Shown here: piece by piece, positions 31,186 to 40,449 of the stretch
Numbering within the stretch: the stretch's first letter is position 1
How the letters are laid out: each line of letters starts with the position of its first letter
Origin: Candidatus Binatia bacterium
GTDB taxonomy: Bacteria > Desulfobacterota > Binatia > UBA1149 > CAITLU01
Reading direction: 5' to 3'
DNA: 64,000 bases
NCBI GenBank assembly: GCA_035626675.1
Contig: DASPNH010000202.1
Span: 15,020 to 79,019 of the forward strand
The notes under the pieces: generated by a model
Seen by the model: only the letters and a program-made list of their open reading frames with translations
What the model was told of the DNA's origin: nothing
The model's database searches: none
Made by a program: the position numbers and the translations under genes

Positions 31186-31521
31186 ATGAAGAAGTTCGGC
31201 ATGATGTTGGCGGCAGTTGCGACGGCGCTGATGCTGTCGGCCTCGGCGGCAGACGCCGGCGGCTGGCGCGGCGGCCATCGCGGCCACTGGGGAGGCGGTC
31301 ATCACTGGGGCGGCCACCGAGGCCACCACGGCGCGGCGATTGCCCTCGGCATCACCGGCGCATTCCTGGGCGGCGCGGCGCTGGCACATTCGTACGCGTA
31401 TCCGCGTCCGTATTACGGCTACGGCTACGGCCCGGGCTACTACAGCTACGGTCCGCGCTACTACTACCCGGCCCCGGTTCGTCGCTACTACTACCCGCCC
31501 CCGGGGTACTACCCGTACTGA
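31186..31521 (+). CDS. Small secreted Gly/His- and Tyr/Pro-rich protein
   Basis: GAGGAAG RBS; signal peptide ending ADA; GGHRGHWGGGHHW block, central hydrophobic helix, YYGYGYGP...YYYPPPGYYPY tail; 111 aa. Confidence 0.7.
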   Translation: MKKFGMMLAAVATALMLSASAADAGGWRGGHRGHWGGGHHWGGHRGHHGAAIALGITGAFLGGAALAHSYAYPRPYYGYGYGPGYYSYGPRYYYPAPVRRYYYPPPGYYPY

Positions 31522-31578
31522 TCTCGAGGGCATGCCCTTCGAGCGCTCGCATCGCCCGCGACGGAAGCTCCGTCGCGG

Positions 31579-31620
31579 GCGATTTCGTTCCAGGCCCCTG
31601 CGATTTCGTTTCAGGCCCCT
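31579..31620. repeat. Tandem 21-bp direct repeat x2
   Basis: gcgatttcgttccaggcccct / gcgatttcgtttcaggcccct between convergent genes. Confidence 0.8.
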
Positions 31621-31983
31621 GAGATGTCATTGGCGCCGCGCAGCATCGGACCTTTGGCGCGGCGCGACAAGAATCTTCTTCTTGCCACAGCCCGTTTCTC
31701 GACATTATTCTCGCGGCAAGAGCGCGAGGCCCGACAGTGAGCGAGGCGCGCGCGATTAGCGCCCCGACGTTTCGGGCAAATGCCATAGCCCGCATTACGA
31801 GAGCGCGTCCTTTGCGCCCGGCTGTCGATCTTGCAGCCGGGCGCAATTTTTTGAGGGCAAGCGGCGGCCGGCGTTTTCCAAGCCGCGTTCTCGCAGCGCC
31901 ACTGCACCACCGTACGTGCGCGCGCGTCGGAGGCGCGTCGCTTCTGATCCGGCCGCGCCACTCTCGTCTCGATCCATGCCCCT

Positions 31984-33519
31984 TCATTCGTCCAGCCAGC
32001 CCAGTCGCTGCAGCGTGCGGCGCAGGCGCTCGTCGTCCTTGGACAGCGGCGGCAGCCAGGCTCGAACCCGCTCTCGATCCCACCAGCGGCCTTGTCCGTT
32101 GTCGGGGTCGGCAAACTCGTAGCGATACAGCGTCGCGCGCACGTGGCGCGGCGGGCGGTCGGGAAACGGGTTGTCGGCGAACAGCGAGAGCGCGCCGGCA
32201 TCGTCGTGCAGCAGCTTCCAGACCAGGTGCAGCGTCCAGGGATAGTCCTCGGCGCGGCTCATCGAGGCGAACCACATCTGCCAGTCCAGACGCGGCTGGT
32301 AGGGCGCGATCTGCACGGGCATCGCGTCGACCTCGACCGGAAGCGCGCGATAGCGGTACGGCTTCCACTGCGCCTGCTCGTCGGCGATCTCGGCATCGGT
32401 GCCTTCGAAGACGACGTTCATGCGAATGCGGCCGACGCTGCCGAAGGCCCCGTACGTGTTGACGATGGCCAGCGGATCGAAGGACGTGTTCATGACCTGG
32501 CTGGCCGACAGCAGATTGAACGCCGGTGGGATGCTGAGAACCGCAACCAGGATCGTCACCGCCACCGAAGTCCGCTGCATGCCGCGGCTGGGCACGGCCG
32601 CCGCACGCGCCGCGTGCGCCTTTGCGACCAGAGAGCGCGGAAGAACGCGCGACCAGAAGACGTCGTCGAAACACGCCAGCGCCGGCACGATCGTCAGCCA
32701 GTTCAGGAAGGAAAGGTTGCCGCTGGCAATCAACGCGAGCTGGAACGATACGATGATCAGGCCCGCCGCGTAGCGCGCCCGACCCGGCCACAAGACCAGC
32801 CACGGCGCCGCCAGCTCGGCCACATGATTGAACGCGACGCCGGCGCGCAGCAGCGGCCGCGGCAGGAAGTGGAACCACCTGCTGAGAGGATTGGGGATCG
32901 GCTGGGTCTCGAAGTGGTAGTCGAGCGCGGTCAGATTGCGCCAGACCTCGTCGCCGCGAAGCTTGATCAGGCCCGCGCCGAGCATGATGCGGAAGATCAG
33001 CCACCGATACAGCGCAAGGATGGCGCGCGGCGGCTCGCGTTTCGGGAAGGGCCGGCCGTCGAGGAGCGGGCAAAGGAAGATGGCCAGGAAGCCCGTCTCC
33101 AGCAGCTGGATCTCCCAGCCGTAGCCGTACCAGTCCTGCCCCACGCGCACGATGGACATGTAGAGCGCCCACAGCGCCGTCATGACGACCGCGTTGGCGT
33201 AGCCGGCCGTCACCGCCAGCGACAGGGCAAGGCCCGTGTAGGCAACGGCCATCAGCGCGTTGTCGGAAGCGTCGATCCAGAACAGCGACGGCAGACGTAC
33301 CAGCGAGGCCCAGGTCGAGCCGAAGTGGTCGCGCACCGCGGCAAGGAAGCGCTCGACCGGCATCAATCCCTGCGAGCCGATCAGCGGCAGCAGCTGGCGC
33401 GTCGCCGCCAGGAACGCGACCGCATAGACGGCTCCGAGCAGACGAAGGATGACGAAGCGAGTCAGCCACCAGGACGGCGGATCAGCTCGCTTACTTCTTG
33501 TCGGTTGCGCGGTGCTCAT
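31984..33519 (-). CDS. Lipase maturation factor (LMF1) family membrane protein
   Basis: YGWEIQLLETGF, FRIMLGAGLIKLRGD, YHFETQPIPNPLS, YGAFGSV, PYQPRLDWQMWFA. Confidence 0.9.
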   Translation of the reverse strand: MSTAQPTRSKRADPPSWWLTRFVILRLLGAVYAVAFLAATRQLLPLIGSQGLMPVERFLAAVRDHFGSTWASLVRLPSLFWIDASDNALMAVAYTGLALSLAVTAGYANAVVMTALWALYMSIVRVGQDWYGYGWEIQLLETGFLAIFLCPLLDGRPFPKREPPRAILALYRWLIFRIMLGAGLIKLRGDEVWRNLTALDYHFETQPIPNPLSRWFHFLPRPLLRAGVAFNHVAELAAPWLVLWPGRARYAAGLIIVSFQLALIASGNLSFLNWLTIVPALACFDDVFWSRVLPRSLVAKAHAARAAAVPSRGMQRTSVAVTILVAVLSIPPAFNLLSASQVMNTSFDPLAIVNTYGAFGSVGRIRMNVVFEGTDAEIADEQAQWKPYRYRALPVEVDAMPVQIAPYQPRLDWQMWFASMSRAEDYPWTLHLVWKLLHDDAGALSLFADNPFPDRPPRHVRATLYRYEFADPDNGQGRWWDRERVRAWLPPLSKDDERLRRTLQRLGWLDE

Positions 33520-33638
33520 CGGCTACCACTACGCCCGGCTTGTTGAGCGAACGCTCGATGCCACGTGGTGCCTCGCGCAACTCTTGCTTGAGGTCTCAAT
33601 ACGAGACATACCGCTGCGGCAACTTACGGGGGATGCAG

Positions 33639-34010
33639 ATGGCCGGACCACTTTTGCGATTGGAGAAGCTCTTCGCGAGCTCGAAGCGCATCGAGTCTTT
33701 CACTGCCGGTAGCACCGTCTTTCAGCAGGGTGATCCCGGCGACTCCATGTACGTCGTGCTCGAGGGCACCGTCGACATCATGCTCGGCGACAAGCTTCTG
33801 GATCTGTCGGGCCCTGGCGATCTCCTTGGCGAAATGTCTCTCATCGACAACAAGGCCCGCAGCGCGACCGCCGTGGCTCGCACCGACGTCAAGCTGGCGC
33901 GCGTCGACGAAGGGGCGTTCCTGACGATGGTGCAGGAAACGCCGTTCTTCGCGCTGCACGTCATGCGGGTGCTGGTGGAGAGAATGCGGCGCTCGCGCGC
34001 CCGTCTCTAG
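33639..34010 (+). CDS. Stand-alone cyclic nucleotide-binding domain protein
   Basis: VFQQGDPGDSMYVVLEG...GEMSLID...RSATAVA cNMP fold; no HTH. Confidence 0.85.
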   Translation: MAGPLLRLEKLFASSKRIESFTAGSTVFQQGDPGDSMYVVLEGTVDIMLGDKLLDLSGPGDLLGEMSLIDNKARSATAVARTDVKLARVDEGAFLTMVQETPFFALHVMRVLVERMRRSRARL

Positions 34011-34037
34011 CGCGCGCCTTCTCGCTCGCGTCTACGC

Positions 34038-34802
34038 TCAATCGTCGTTCTGCTCGCGCTCGCGCCGCTCCACCGCGGCCAGCGAGAGGATCTGGCGCGC
34101 CACTTCGTCCATCAACGCATCGCGCGTCTCCACGGTGTAGGCGGAAGCATCGATCGGCTCGCCGACGTGGACTTCGGCGGTACAGCCCAGCTGCAGGCTG
34201 CGAAAGGTCTTGGGCGGCAGCACCTGGCGCGCGCCGCGGATGCCGATGGGCACGATCGTCGCGCCCGTCTCCAGCGCCAGCATGAACCCGCCCTTCTTGA
34301 ACGGTCCGAGCCGGCCGTCGCGCGAGCGCGTGCCTTCGGGCGCGACCCACAGGACGATGCCGCTCTCCATCTTGGCGCGGGCCTGGGCAAGATCGCGCAA
34401 GGCCTGCTCGCGGTTCTTGCGATCGATGGATGCGAACTCGCCCGCGCGCAGGCCACGTCCCCAGATCGGAATCGAGAACAGCTCCTTCTTCGTCAGCATC
34501 CGGATCGAGCCCGGCAGGGCCACGAAGATCAGCGGAATGTCGTAGAGGCTCGAGTGATTGCTCATGAGGATGGTCGGCTTGCCATCCTCGCCGAAACGCA
34601 GGCCGCGCGGATTGACCGCGCGGCAGCGGAGCTCGGCCAGGTCGATGAGGCGCTGCGACCACCAGCGCAGCCGGCGGTCGCCATCGGCTCGGCGGAACGT
34701 GCCGCGGTAGACTTCCCAGATCGTGGCGATGGAAATGCGCAGCGTCGCCGCAACGGTGCGCAGGAGAATCAACGCCGAGCGTGGTCCACCGGCTTTCTTC
34801 AA
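34038..34802 (-). CDS. 1-acyl-sn-glycerol-3-phosphate acyltransferase (PlsC family); start uncertain (TTG 34802 or 34772)
   Basis: NHSSLYD (HxxxxD), KKELF, PEGTRS, FKKGGF. Confidence 0.85.
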   Translation of the reverse strand: MKKAGGPRSALILLRTVAATLRISIATIWEVYRGTFRRADGDRRLRWWSQRLIDLAELRCRAVNPRGLRFGEDGKPTILMSNHSSLYDIPLIFVALPGSIRMLTKKELFSIPIWGRGLRAGEFASIDRKNREQALRDLAQARAKMESGIVLWVAPEGTRSRDGRLGPFKKGGFMLALETGATIVPIGIRGARQVLPPKTFRSLQLGCTAEVHVGEPIDASAYTVETRDALMDEVARQILSLAAVERREREQNDD

Positions 34803-34902
34803 GGTTGATGCCCGGAAGGCTCGCACGCCGGCGCGCGAGCCGCGGGGCGAGCGTAGCACTTCTGGGAACGGGAGCGAGAGCCGGGGTGTTGCCGGACCGC
34901 GT

Positions 34903-35811
34903 TCAGGACGCGCGGCGGCGCAGCAGCTCGTGAACCTTCTCGTCGGTGATGTCGGCAGGCTCGGTCGTATCGAGGAAGTCCAGCAGCACGTCGGCGAAGC
35001 GGCTCGGATCGTCGCGATGCGGGAAGTGGCCGGCGCCGGGGAAGAGCTCGAGCCGGCTGCCGGGCACGGCGGCGTGCGCCTCCAGGCCATGCTGCATCGG
35101 AATGATCGGATCGCGCTCGCCCCAGACGATCATCACCGGCAGGCCCACATCCATCAGGTACAGGCGATCGGTGGCGCTGACTCTCTGGCCGCCGGCATCG
35201 ACGATGGTGCGAAGCGTGTGCAGGAAGGCGCGCCGGCTGTCGGCGTCGCCGAGCGAGCAGAAGCCCCGCCAGCCCTCTTCCAGATCGGGCCCGGCGCGAA
35301 GGCCGAGGCGCGCGAGCATCGAGCCCGCCGAGTTGACGGCGTCTCGCACGCCCGGCGCACACATCAGCGGCAGCACCCATTCCGAGCCGGGCAGCGTGGC
35401 CGCGCGCAGGCTGGCGTGGACTTCCTCGCCCAGCCCGCCGCTGGAGACGAGCACGAGGCGGTCGCAGCGCTGCGGAAACTGATAGGCGAACTGCATCGCC
35501 ACGCCGCCGCCGAGCGAGTGCCCGATCACGGTTGCATGCGAATGACCGAGCACTGCCAGCAGATCACGGATGCCGCTGGCATAGGCGCCGAGCGAATAGT
35601 CGCCGCGCGGCTTGGCCGAGTCGCCGTGGCCGAGCAGATCCGGCGCGATGACCGTGTAGCGCGCGGCGAGAGCCGGAATGATTTCGTCCCAGGTCGCCGA
35701 GGTGCCGGCGATGCCGTGGATCAGCAGCACCACAGGCCCGCGGCCTGCGGTTCGGTAGCGGATGCGGTGTCCATGCAGAAGGACGTCGCGCGTGGTGGCA
35801 ACTTCTCTCAT
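34903..35811 (-). CDS. Alpha/beta fold hydrolase
   Basis: LIHGIAG, APDLLGHG, GHSLGGG nucleophile elbow, WGERD, GAGHFPH; ATGA overlap with the upstream TetR. Confidence 0.9.
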   Translation of the reverse strand: MREVATTRDVLLHGHRIRYRTAGRGPVVLLIHGIAGTSATWDEIIPALAARYTVIAPDLLGHGDSAKPRGDYSLGAYASGIRDLLAVLGHSHATVIGHSLGGGVAMQFAYQFPQRCDRLVLVSSGGLGEEVHASLRAATLPGSEWVLPLMCAPGVRDAVNSAGSMLARLGLRAGPDLEEGWRGFCSLGDADSRRAFLHTLRTIVDAGGQRVSATDRLYLMDVGLPVMIVWGERDPIIPMQHGLEAHAAVPGSRLELFPGAGHFPHRDDPSRFADVLLDFLDTTEPADITDEKVHELLRRRAS

Positions 35812-36446
35812 CGAGATTTCCCTGGTTTGGAGGTCAGCGTGGGCTTCTTGGGAAGGTGGCGAAGTCCCATCCAGGCAAGCGCGGCGATATGCCCTGCCAC
35901 GGACTCGACCGGCGGCCTTTTGGAGCTTTCCGTCCACCACTGGCCCACGAACGCGACCATGCCGACCAGCGCGTGCGCATAGATCGGTGCGGCCTTGGCA
36001 TCGTAGCCGGCCTTGCGGAACTGATCGGTGAAGATGGCGCCGACGCGGTCGGCGAGGTCGTACATGAGAGCCGGCATCTCGCCGGTGCGCTTGGAGGCCG
36101 GAGCATCCCGCAGCAGCATGGCAAAGCCTTCGGGCCGGTCCCGGACATAGCTGAGGAAGGCCAGTGCGGCCTGCTCCAGGCGCTCGCGCGGCGAGCCCTC
36201 GGAGATCGCCCCGACGATGCAGTTGACGATGTGCTCGATCTCGCGATCGACGACGACGGCGTAAAGGCCCTCCTTGCCGCCGAAGTGCTCGTAGACGATG
36301 GGCTTGGAGATGCGGGCGCGCTCGGCGATCTCCTCGACCGAGGCGGCCTCGTAGCCGCGCTGCGCGAATACCTTGCGGCCGATGTCGACCAGCTGCGCGC
36401 GGCGCGCCTGGGCGGCAAGCCGCGGACCTTTCTCGTCCCTGCTCAT
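35808..36446 (-). CDS. TetR/AcrR family transcriptional regulator
   Basis: HTH SVEEIAERARISKPIVYEHFGGKEGLYAVVVDRE; translationally coupled to the hydrolase. Confidence 0.9.
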   Translation of the reverse strand: MSRDEKGPRLAAQARRAQLVDIGRKVFAQRGYEAASVEEIAERARISKPIVYEHFGGKEGLYAVVVDREIEHIVNCIVGAISEGSPRERLEQAALAFLSYVRDRPEGFAMLLRDAPASKRTGEMPALMYDLADRVGAIFTDQFRKAGYDAKAAPIYAHALVGMVAFVGQWWTESSKRPPVESVAGHIAALAWMGLRHLPKKPTLTSKPGKSR

Positions 36447-36498
36447 AGGGCCTACTGTGACAGGGTTACTACGGAAGCGTAAGGTACGCAATCGTAGG

Positions 36499-36675
36499 TT
36501 ACGGAAGCGTAGGGACGACCATGGAATCGCGCGCGAGGACATAGTCGCGGATCGCATCGGCGATGTTCTCCAGGGCTTCAGCCTCGGTTTCGCCCTGCGA
36601 CCAGCATCCGGGAAGGCCGGGGCACGAAACGCTGAACCCCTCTTCGGATTTCTGCAGGATTACCTTGTACTTCAT
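36499..36675 (-). CDS. Solo HicB-family (UPF0150) antitoxin-like protein, possibly truncated
   Basis: GGAGA RBS; MKYKVILQKSEEGFSVSCPGLPGCWSQGETEAEALENIADAI; 58 aa; no hicA seen nearby. Confidence 0.7.
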   Translation of the reverse strand: MKYKVILQKSEEGFSVSCPGLPGCWSQGETEAEALENIADAIRDYVLARDSMVVPTLP

Positions 36676-36746
36676 CGTCCAGTCTCCACGCCTCGACGGT
36701 ACCAACTCTCCGAGGCGCCGGCTATGCCGCCGAAGGTATGAAACGG

Positions 36747-37370
36747 CTACAAGCGTTCCCGGTAGCTCTCGGCCAGGCCCTCGTCGATGGCCTGCTCGAG
36801 CGAGTCGTTGCCGGCAAGACGCGCGCTGATCTGGCGCGCCAGTGGCGCGCGGTAGCCTTCGGGCCAGGACGACGCGTCCCATAACGAGGAGCGGAGGAAG
36901 GCCTTGCCGCAGTGGAAGAAGCACTCCTCGACCGTGATGCGCGTGACCAGGAGGGCCTTCATGCCGCGCGCCGACATGCGCTCGAGCAGGCCCGGATCGC
37001 GCGTGATCTCGGCGGTGCCGTTGACGCGCAGGGTCTCGGTCACGCCCGGGACCACGAAGATCATGCCCACGCGCGGATTGCGCAGGATGTTCTCGAATCC
37101 GTAGATCAGCTTGTTGCCGGGCCGATCGGGCAGCAGCAGGGTCCGGCCGCCGCCGGTGACCTCGACGAATCCGGGCGCGTCACCCTTGGGCGAGACGTCC
37201 AGGCGACCGTCGGCATCGGCCGTGGCCAGCAGCAGCAGCGGGGAATGTGCAATGAAGTCAGAGGCATGCGCGTCGACGTGATCGAAGAGCTTGGCCGCGA
37301 TCGTGGGCTTGGGCTCGCCGATGACGGCGCGCAGATCGGCAGGGGTGCGAATCAGGTGCGGGTCGCTCAT
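36747..37370 (-). CDS. Pyridoxamine 5'-phosphate oxidase-like FMN-binding protein
   Basis: DVSPKGDAPGFV, LPDRPGN, NPRVGMIFVVPG..ETLRVNG, FFHCGKA. Confidence 0.88.
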   Translation of the reverse strand: MSDPHLIRTPADLRAVIGEPKPTIAAKLFDHVDAHASDFIAHSPLLLLATADADGRLDVSPKGDAPGFVEVTGGGRTLLLPDRPGNKLIYGFENILRNPRVGMIFVVPGVTETLRVNGTAEITRDPGLLERMSARGMKALLVTRITVEECFFHCGKAFLRSSLWDASSWPEGYRAPLARQISARLAGNDSLEQAIDEGLAESYRERL

Positions 37371-37511
37371 GGCCGCGGTCTATCAGGGCGTCCCCGGTCG
37401 CGCGACACAGGACCTCGAAATCCCTTGCTTCAGGGCCATGGAACGGGATGATGGCCGCCGTCGCGAACGCACTCCACGGCGGGCGCGACAGTAAAAAGCA
37501 GGAGGCCAACG

Positions 37512-38594
37512 ATGGCGGCTCTGGGCCGTGCAGCCATCGCGGTGTCCCGCGACGCGTCCGCGCGTCCGGGCCAATATCGCTTTCCATTCACACCGTTTCC
37601 ACGCGGCTGGTTCGCAGTGGCTTTCGGCGACGAGCTCGTCGCCGGCGCCGTGATGCCGCTCCAGTTCTTCGGCAAAGACCTCGTCGCCTATCGAACCGAA
37701 TCCGGACGAGCCGTCGTCGCCGACGCGCACTGTCCGCATCTCGGCGCGCATCTCGGCTACGGCGGAACCGTCGAAGGCGAGTGCATCCGCTGTCCCTTTC
37801 ATCGCTGGAAGTTCGACGACAGCGGTCGCTGCGTCGAGATCCCGTTCCAGAACAGGCCGTCCTCGCGTGCGCGTCTGCATCGCTGGCACGTCGACGAAGT
37901 CGACGGGATGGTGCTGGTGTGGCACGACATCGACGGCTCCGAGCCGGACTGGTACGTGGAGCCGATGGCCGAGACCGATGCGTTCTGCCTGCCGCAGGCG
38001 CCGAGTACCTGCGACTGGACGCTGCGCTCGCACGTGCAGGAGATCTGCGAGAACGCTTTCGACATCGCGCATTTCCCGGCCGTCCACGGCATGGGACTGC
38101 CGCCCAACGCGCAGCTGACGTTCGAAGGCGAGCGCTCCATCGTCATGTTCGACACGCTCTCGAACGGTCAGGCTTTCGGACTGCCGGGCGAGTTCCCGAC
38201 CAAGGTACGCATGGACCTGCAGGGTCTCGGCGTGCTGCAGGCCGACACCGCGCTTCCCGAGTTCGGCTTCTGCTTTCGCAACTCGCTCTACATGACGCCC
38301 ATCGACGACCAGCACATCCGTCTTCGCGCAGCCATGAGCGTGCGCAAGCTCGGCGACGACGACACGACCGCCGCGCTGCAGGACATCTGGGTCAAGACGT
38401 TCGCGATGGACCTGCCCAAGGACTTCCAGATCTGGGAGCACAAGGTCTACGTACAGCGACCCGAGTTCTCGCGCGTGGACGGGCCGATTGGGCGCATGCG
38501 GCGCTGGGCGCAGCAGTTCTACGAGCTGGCAGCCGAGCCGATGGTCGCCGACAACGTGCTTCAGATGGTCAGCGGCGCCGGGATGGTGAAGTAG
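37512..38594 (+). CDS. Rieske non-heme iron oxygenase, KshA/Neverland-like
   Basis: CPHLGAHL...CPFH Rieske ligands; ENAFDIAHFPAVH iron motif; DFQIWEHK...DGPIGRMRRWAQQFY. Confidence 0.88.
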   Translation: MAALGRAAIAVSRDASARPGQYRFPFTPFPRGWFAVAFGDELVAGAVMPLQFFGKDLVAYRTESGRAVVADAHCPHLGAHLGYGGTVEGECIRCPFHRWKFDDSGRCVEIPFQNRPSSRARLHRWHVDEVDGMVLVWHDIDGSEPDWYVEPMAETDAFCLPQAPSTCDWTLRSHVQEICENAFDIAHFPAVHGMGLPPNAQLTFEGERSIVMFDTLSNGQAFGLPGEFPTKVRMDLQGLGVLQADTALPEFGFCFRNSLYMTPIDDQHIRLRAAMSVRKLGDDDTTAALQDIWVKTFAMDLPKDFQIWEHKVYVQRPEFSRVDGPIGRMRRWAQQFYELAAEPMVADNVLQMVSGAGMVK

Positions 38595-40189
38595 AAGGTC
38601 GCGCCCGAATCGGGCCTTCCTTCCGCCCACACCGTGCCGCCGTGGCGGCGCACGATCCGCTCGACGGTTGCCAGGCCGATACCGCTGCCCTCGAACTCCT
38701 TGCTGTTGTGCAGGCGTTCGAAGGGCTTGAAGAGCTTGTCGGCGTAGTGCGCGTCGAAACCCGCCCCGTTGTCGCGCACGAAGTAGACCGACTGGCCGCT
38801 CGGCAGGCGCCCCGACCCGAAGTGGATCACGGCATTCTGCGTCTGCGAGGTGAACTTCCAGGCGTTGTCGAGCAGGTTGGCGATGACGTCGTGGATGAGC
38901 GTGGGATCACCGAAGCAGACCAGGTCCTGATCGATCTGGACTTCGGCGTGATCGGTCATCCACGTCTCGCGAATCTCCTTGAGCACGTCGACGGCGAGCT
39001 GGGTCATGTCGATCTTCTCGCGCTTGAGCTCGCAGCGCGAGACGCGTGACATCTTCAGCAGGTCGTCGATCAGGCGTCCCATGCGCTGGCTGGCCGTGCG
39101 CGCACGCGTCACGTACGACATGCCGCGCTCGCCCAGCGCATCGCTGAACTCCTCGCCGATCAGGTAACAGAAGCCGTCGATGCTGCGCAGGGGCGTGCGC
39201 AGGTCGTGGCTGACCGAGTAGGAGAAGGATTCGAGCTCGCGGTTGGCGTCGCGCAGCTCGGCCGTGCGGCGCTCGACCCGTTCGTTCAGATCGTCGTTGA
39301 GGCGCCGGATCTCCTGCTCGACCTTCTTGTGCTCGCCGATGTCGGTGACGGTGCCGATGTAGCCGCAGATGTCGCCCTGCGCGTCGCGTTCCTCGACGCC
39401 GCGGCAGATCACCCACAGCGGCTGGCCATCGGGCCGCGGCACGCGGAAGGTCAGGCGGCGAGGCTCGCCGGGGCTCCACAGCGTGGCGTTCCATTCCTGC
39501 CAGACACGGTCGCGGTCGTCGGGATGGATCCATTCCAGGCAGTGACGTCCCACCGCCTCGTGCGGCGGGATGCCGATGAGCTCGGAGAAGCCGGCGTTGA
39601 CGTACTGGAAGAAGCCCTGCGGATCGATGCGCACGATGCCGATGGGCGCGGTCTCGGCCAGCAGCTTGTAGCGTTCTTCGCTGGCGCGAAGGTTGGCCTG
39701 GGTCTGGCGAAGCTCGGTGATGTCGAGCGAGACGCCCACGGCCGCCCCGCCGCCGGTCTCGTCGTAGGTGATGTACGTCAGAGCCGACCAGCCGGTGCCG
39801 GCCAGGGCGCCGTCGGACTCGTGGTAGACCGTCTCGCCTTCCAGGGCGCGCTTAATGTAGTCGCCGACCTCGGGGAAGATCTCGTAGGCGTTCAGGCCAA
39901 GGATGCTGTGGGGCGGAACTGGCAGGACCTTGAAACCGCCGCCGATGGACTCGGTGATGGTGCCGTCGCGCTCGATGCGGAAGCAGATGAAGGGAAGCGA
40001 CAGCATCCCGTGCAGCACGCGGGCTGCGAAGGGCGGGATCTCGATGGCTTCGGTGTTGCGAGCGGCCAGCTTGGCTTCGAGCTCGCGGACGTGAGCACGC
40101 AGCAAGTCCAGCTCGGCCTCGACCGCAGGGTCGGGGCGACTGGCCCTCAGGATCATGCTCGTACTGGCGAGACGGGTAGACTTGCTCAT
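38561..40189 (-). CDS. PAS-PAS sensor histidine kinase
   Basis: Two PAS-like segments (IHPDDR, YIGTVTDI), H-box FSYSVSHDLRTPL, NLLDNAWKF, DNGAGFD, GSGIGLA. Confidence 0.9.
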   Translation of the reverse strand: MSKSTRLASTSMILRASRPDPAVEAELDLLRAHVRELEAKLAARNTEAIEIPPFAARVLHGMLSLPFICFRIERDGTITESIGGGFKVLPVPPHSILGLNAYEIFPEVGDYIKRALEGETVYHESDGALAGTGWSALTYITYDETGGGAAVGVSLDITELRQTQANLRASEERYKLLAETAPIGIVRIDPQGFFQYVNAGFSELIGIPPHEAVGRHCLEWIHPDDRDRVWQEWNATLWSPGEPRRLTFRVPRPDGQPLWVICRGVEERDAQGDICGYIGTVTDIGEHKKVEQEIRRLNDDLNERVERRTAELRDANRELESFSYSVSHDLRTPLRSIDGFCYLIGEEFSDALGERGMSYVTRARTASQRMGRLIDDLLKMSRVSRCELKREKIDMTQLAVDVLKEIRETWMTDHAEVQIDQDLVCFGDPTLIHDVIANLLDNAWKFTSQTQNAVIHFGSGRLPSGQSVYFVRDNGAGFDAHYADKLFKPFERLHNSKEFEGSGIGLATVERIVRRHGGTVWAEGRPDSGATFYFTIPAPLTI

Positions 40190-40449
40190 CCTTTGCCCCA
40201 CGGGCTGGACGAGCGATCGATCTTCGCGCGGAGACCGCCCAGCAAAGCGGCCCCGCCGCCTAAAAGCACCAAGTGCGCCGGCGTGTAAAGAAAAAAGTCA
40301 GCAGCGGGGAGAATCGTTTACACGGGCCGCGGTTAGCTCGACGGAAAACGCAAGATTCACGCGAAAATCGTGGGGCCGTGTCGGGTATGGGAGCCTGGTT
40401 GCCAGTGACATTTCGGACGAGGCTGACGTCACACGGCCAACCCTAACTT

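Noticed and set aside
38561-38594. 34-nt convergent overlap of the Rieske and kinase genes as a functional antisense pair
   Set aside because: Short convergent 3' overlaps are common and nothing else supports regulation.
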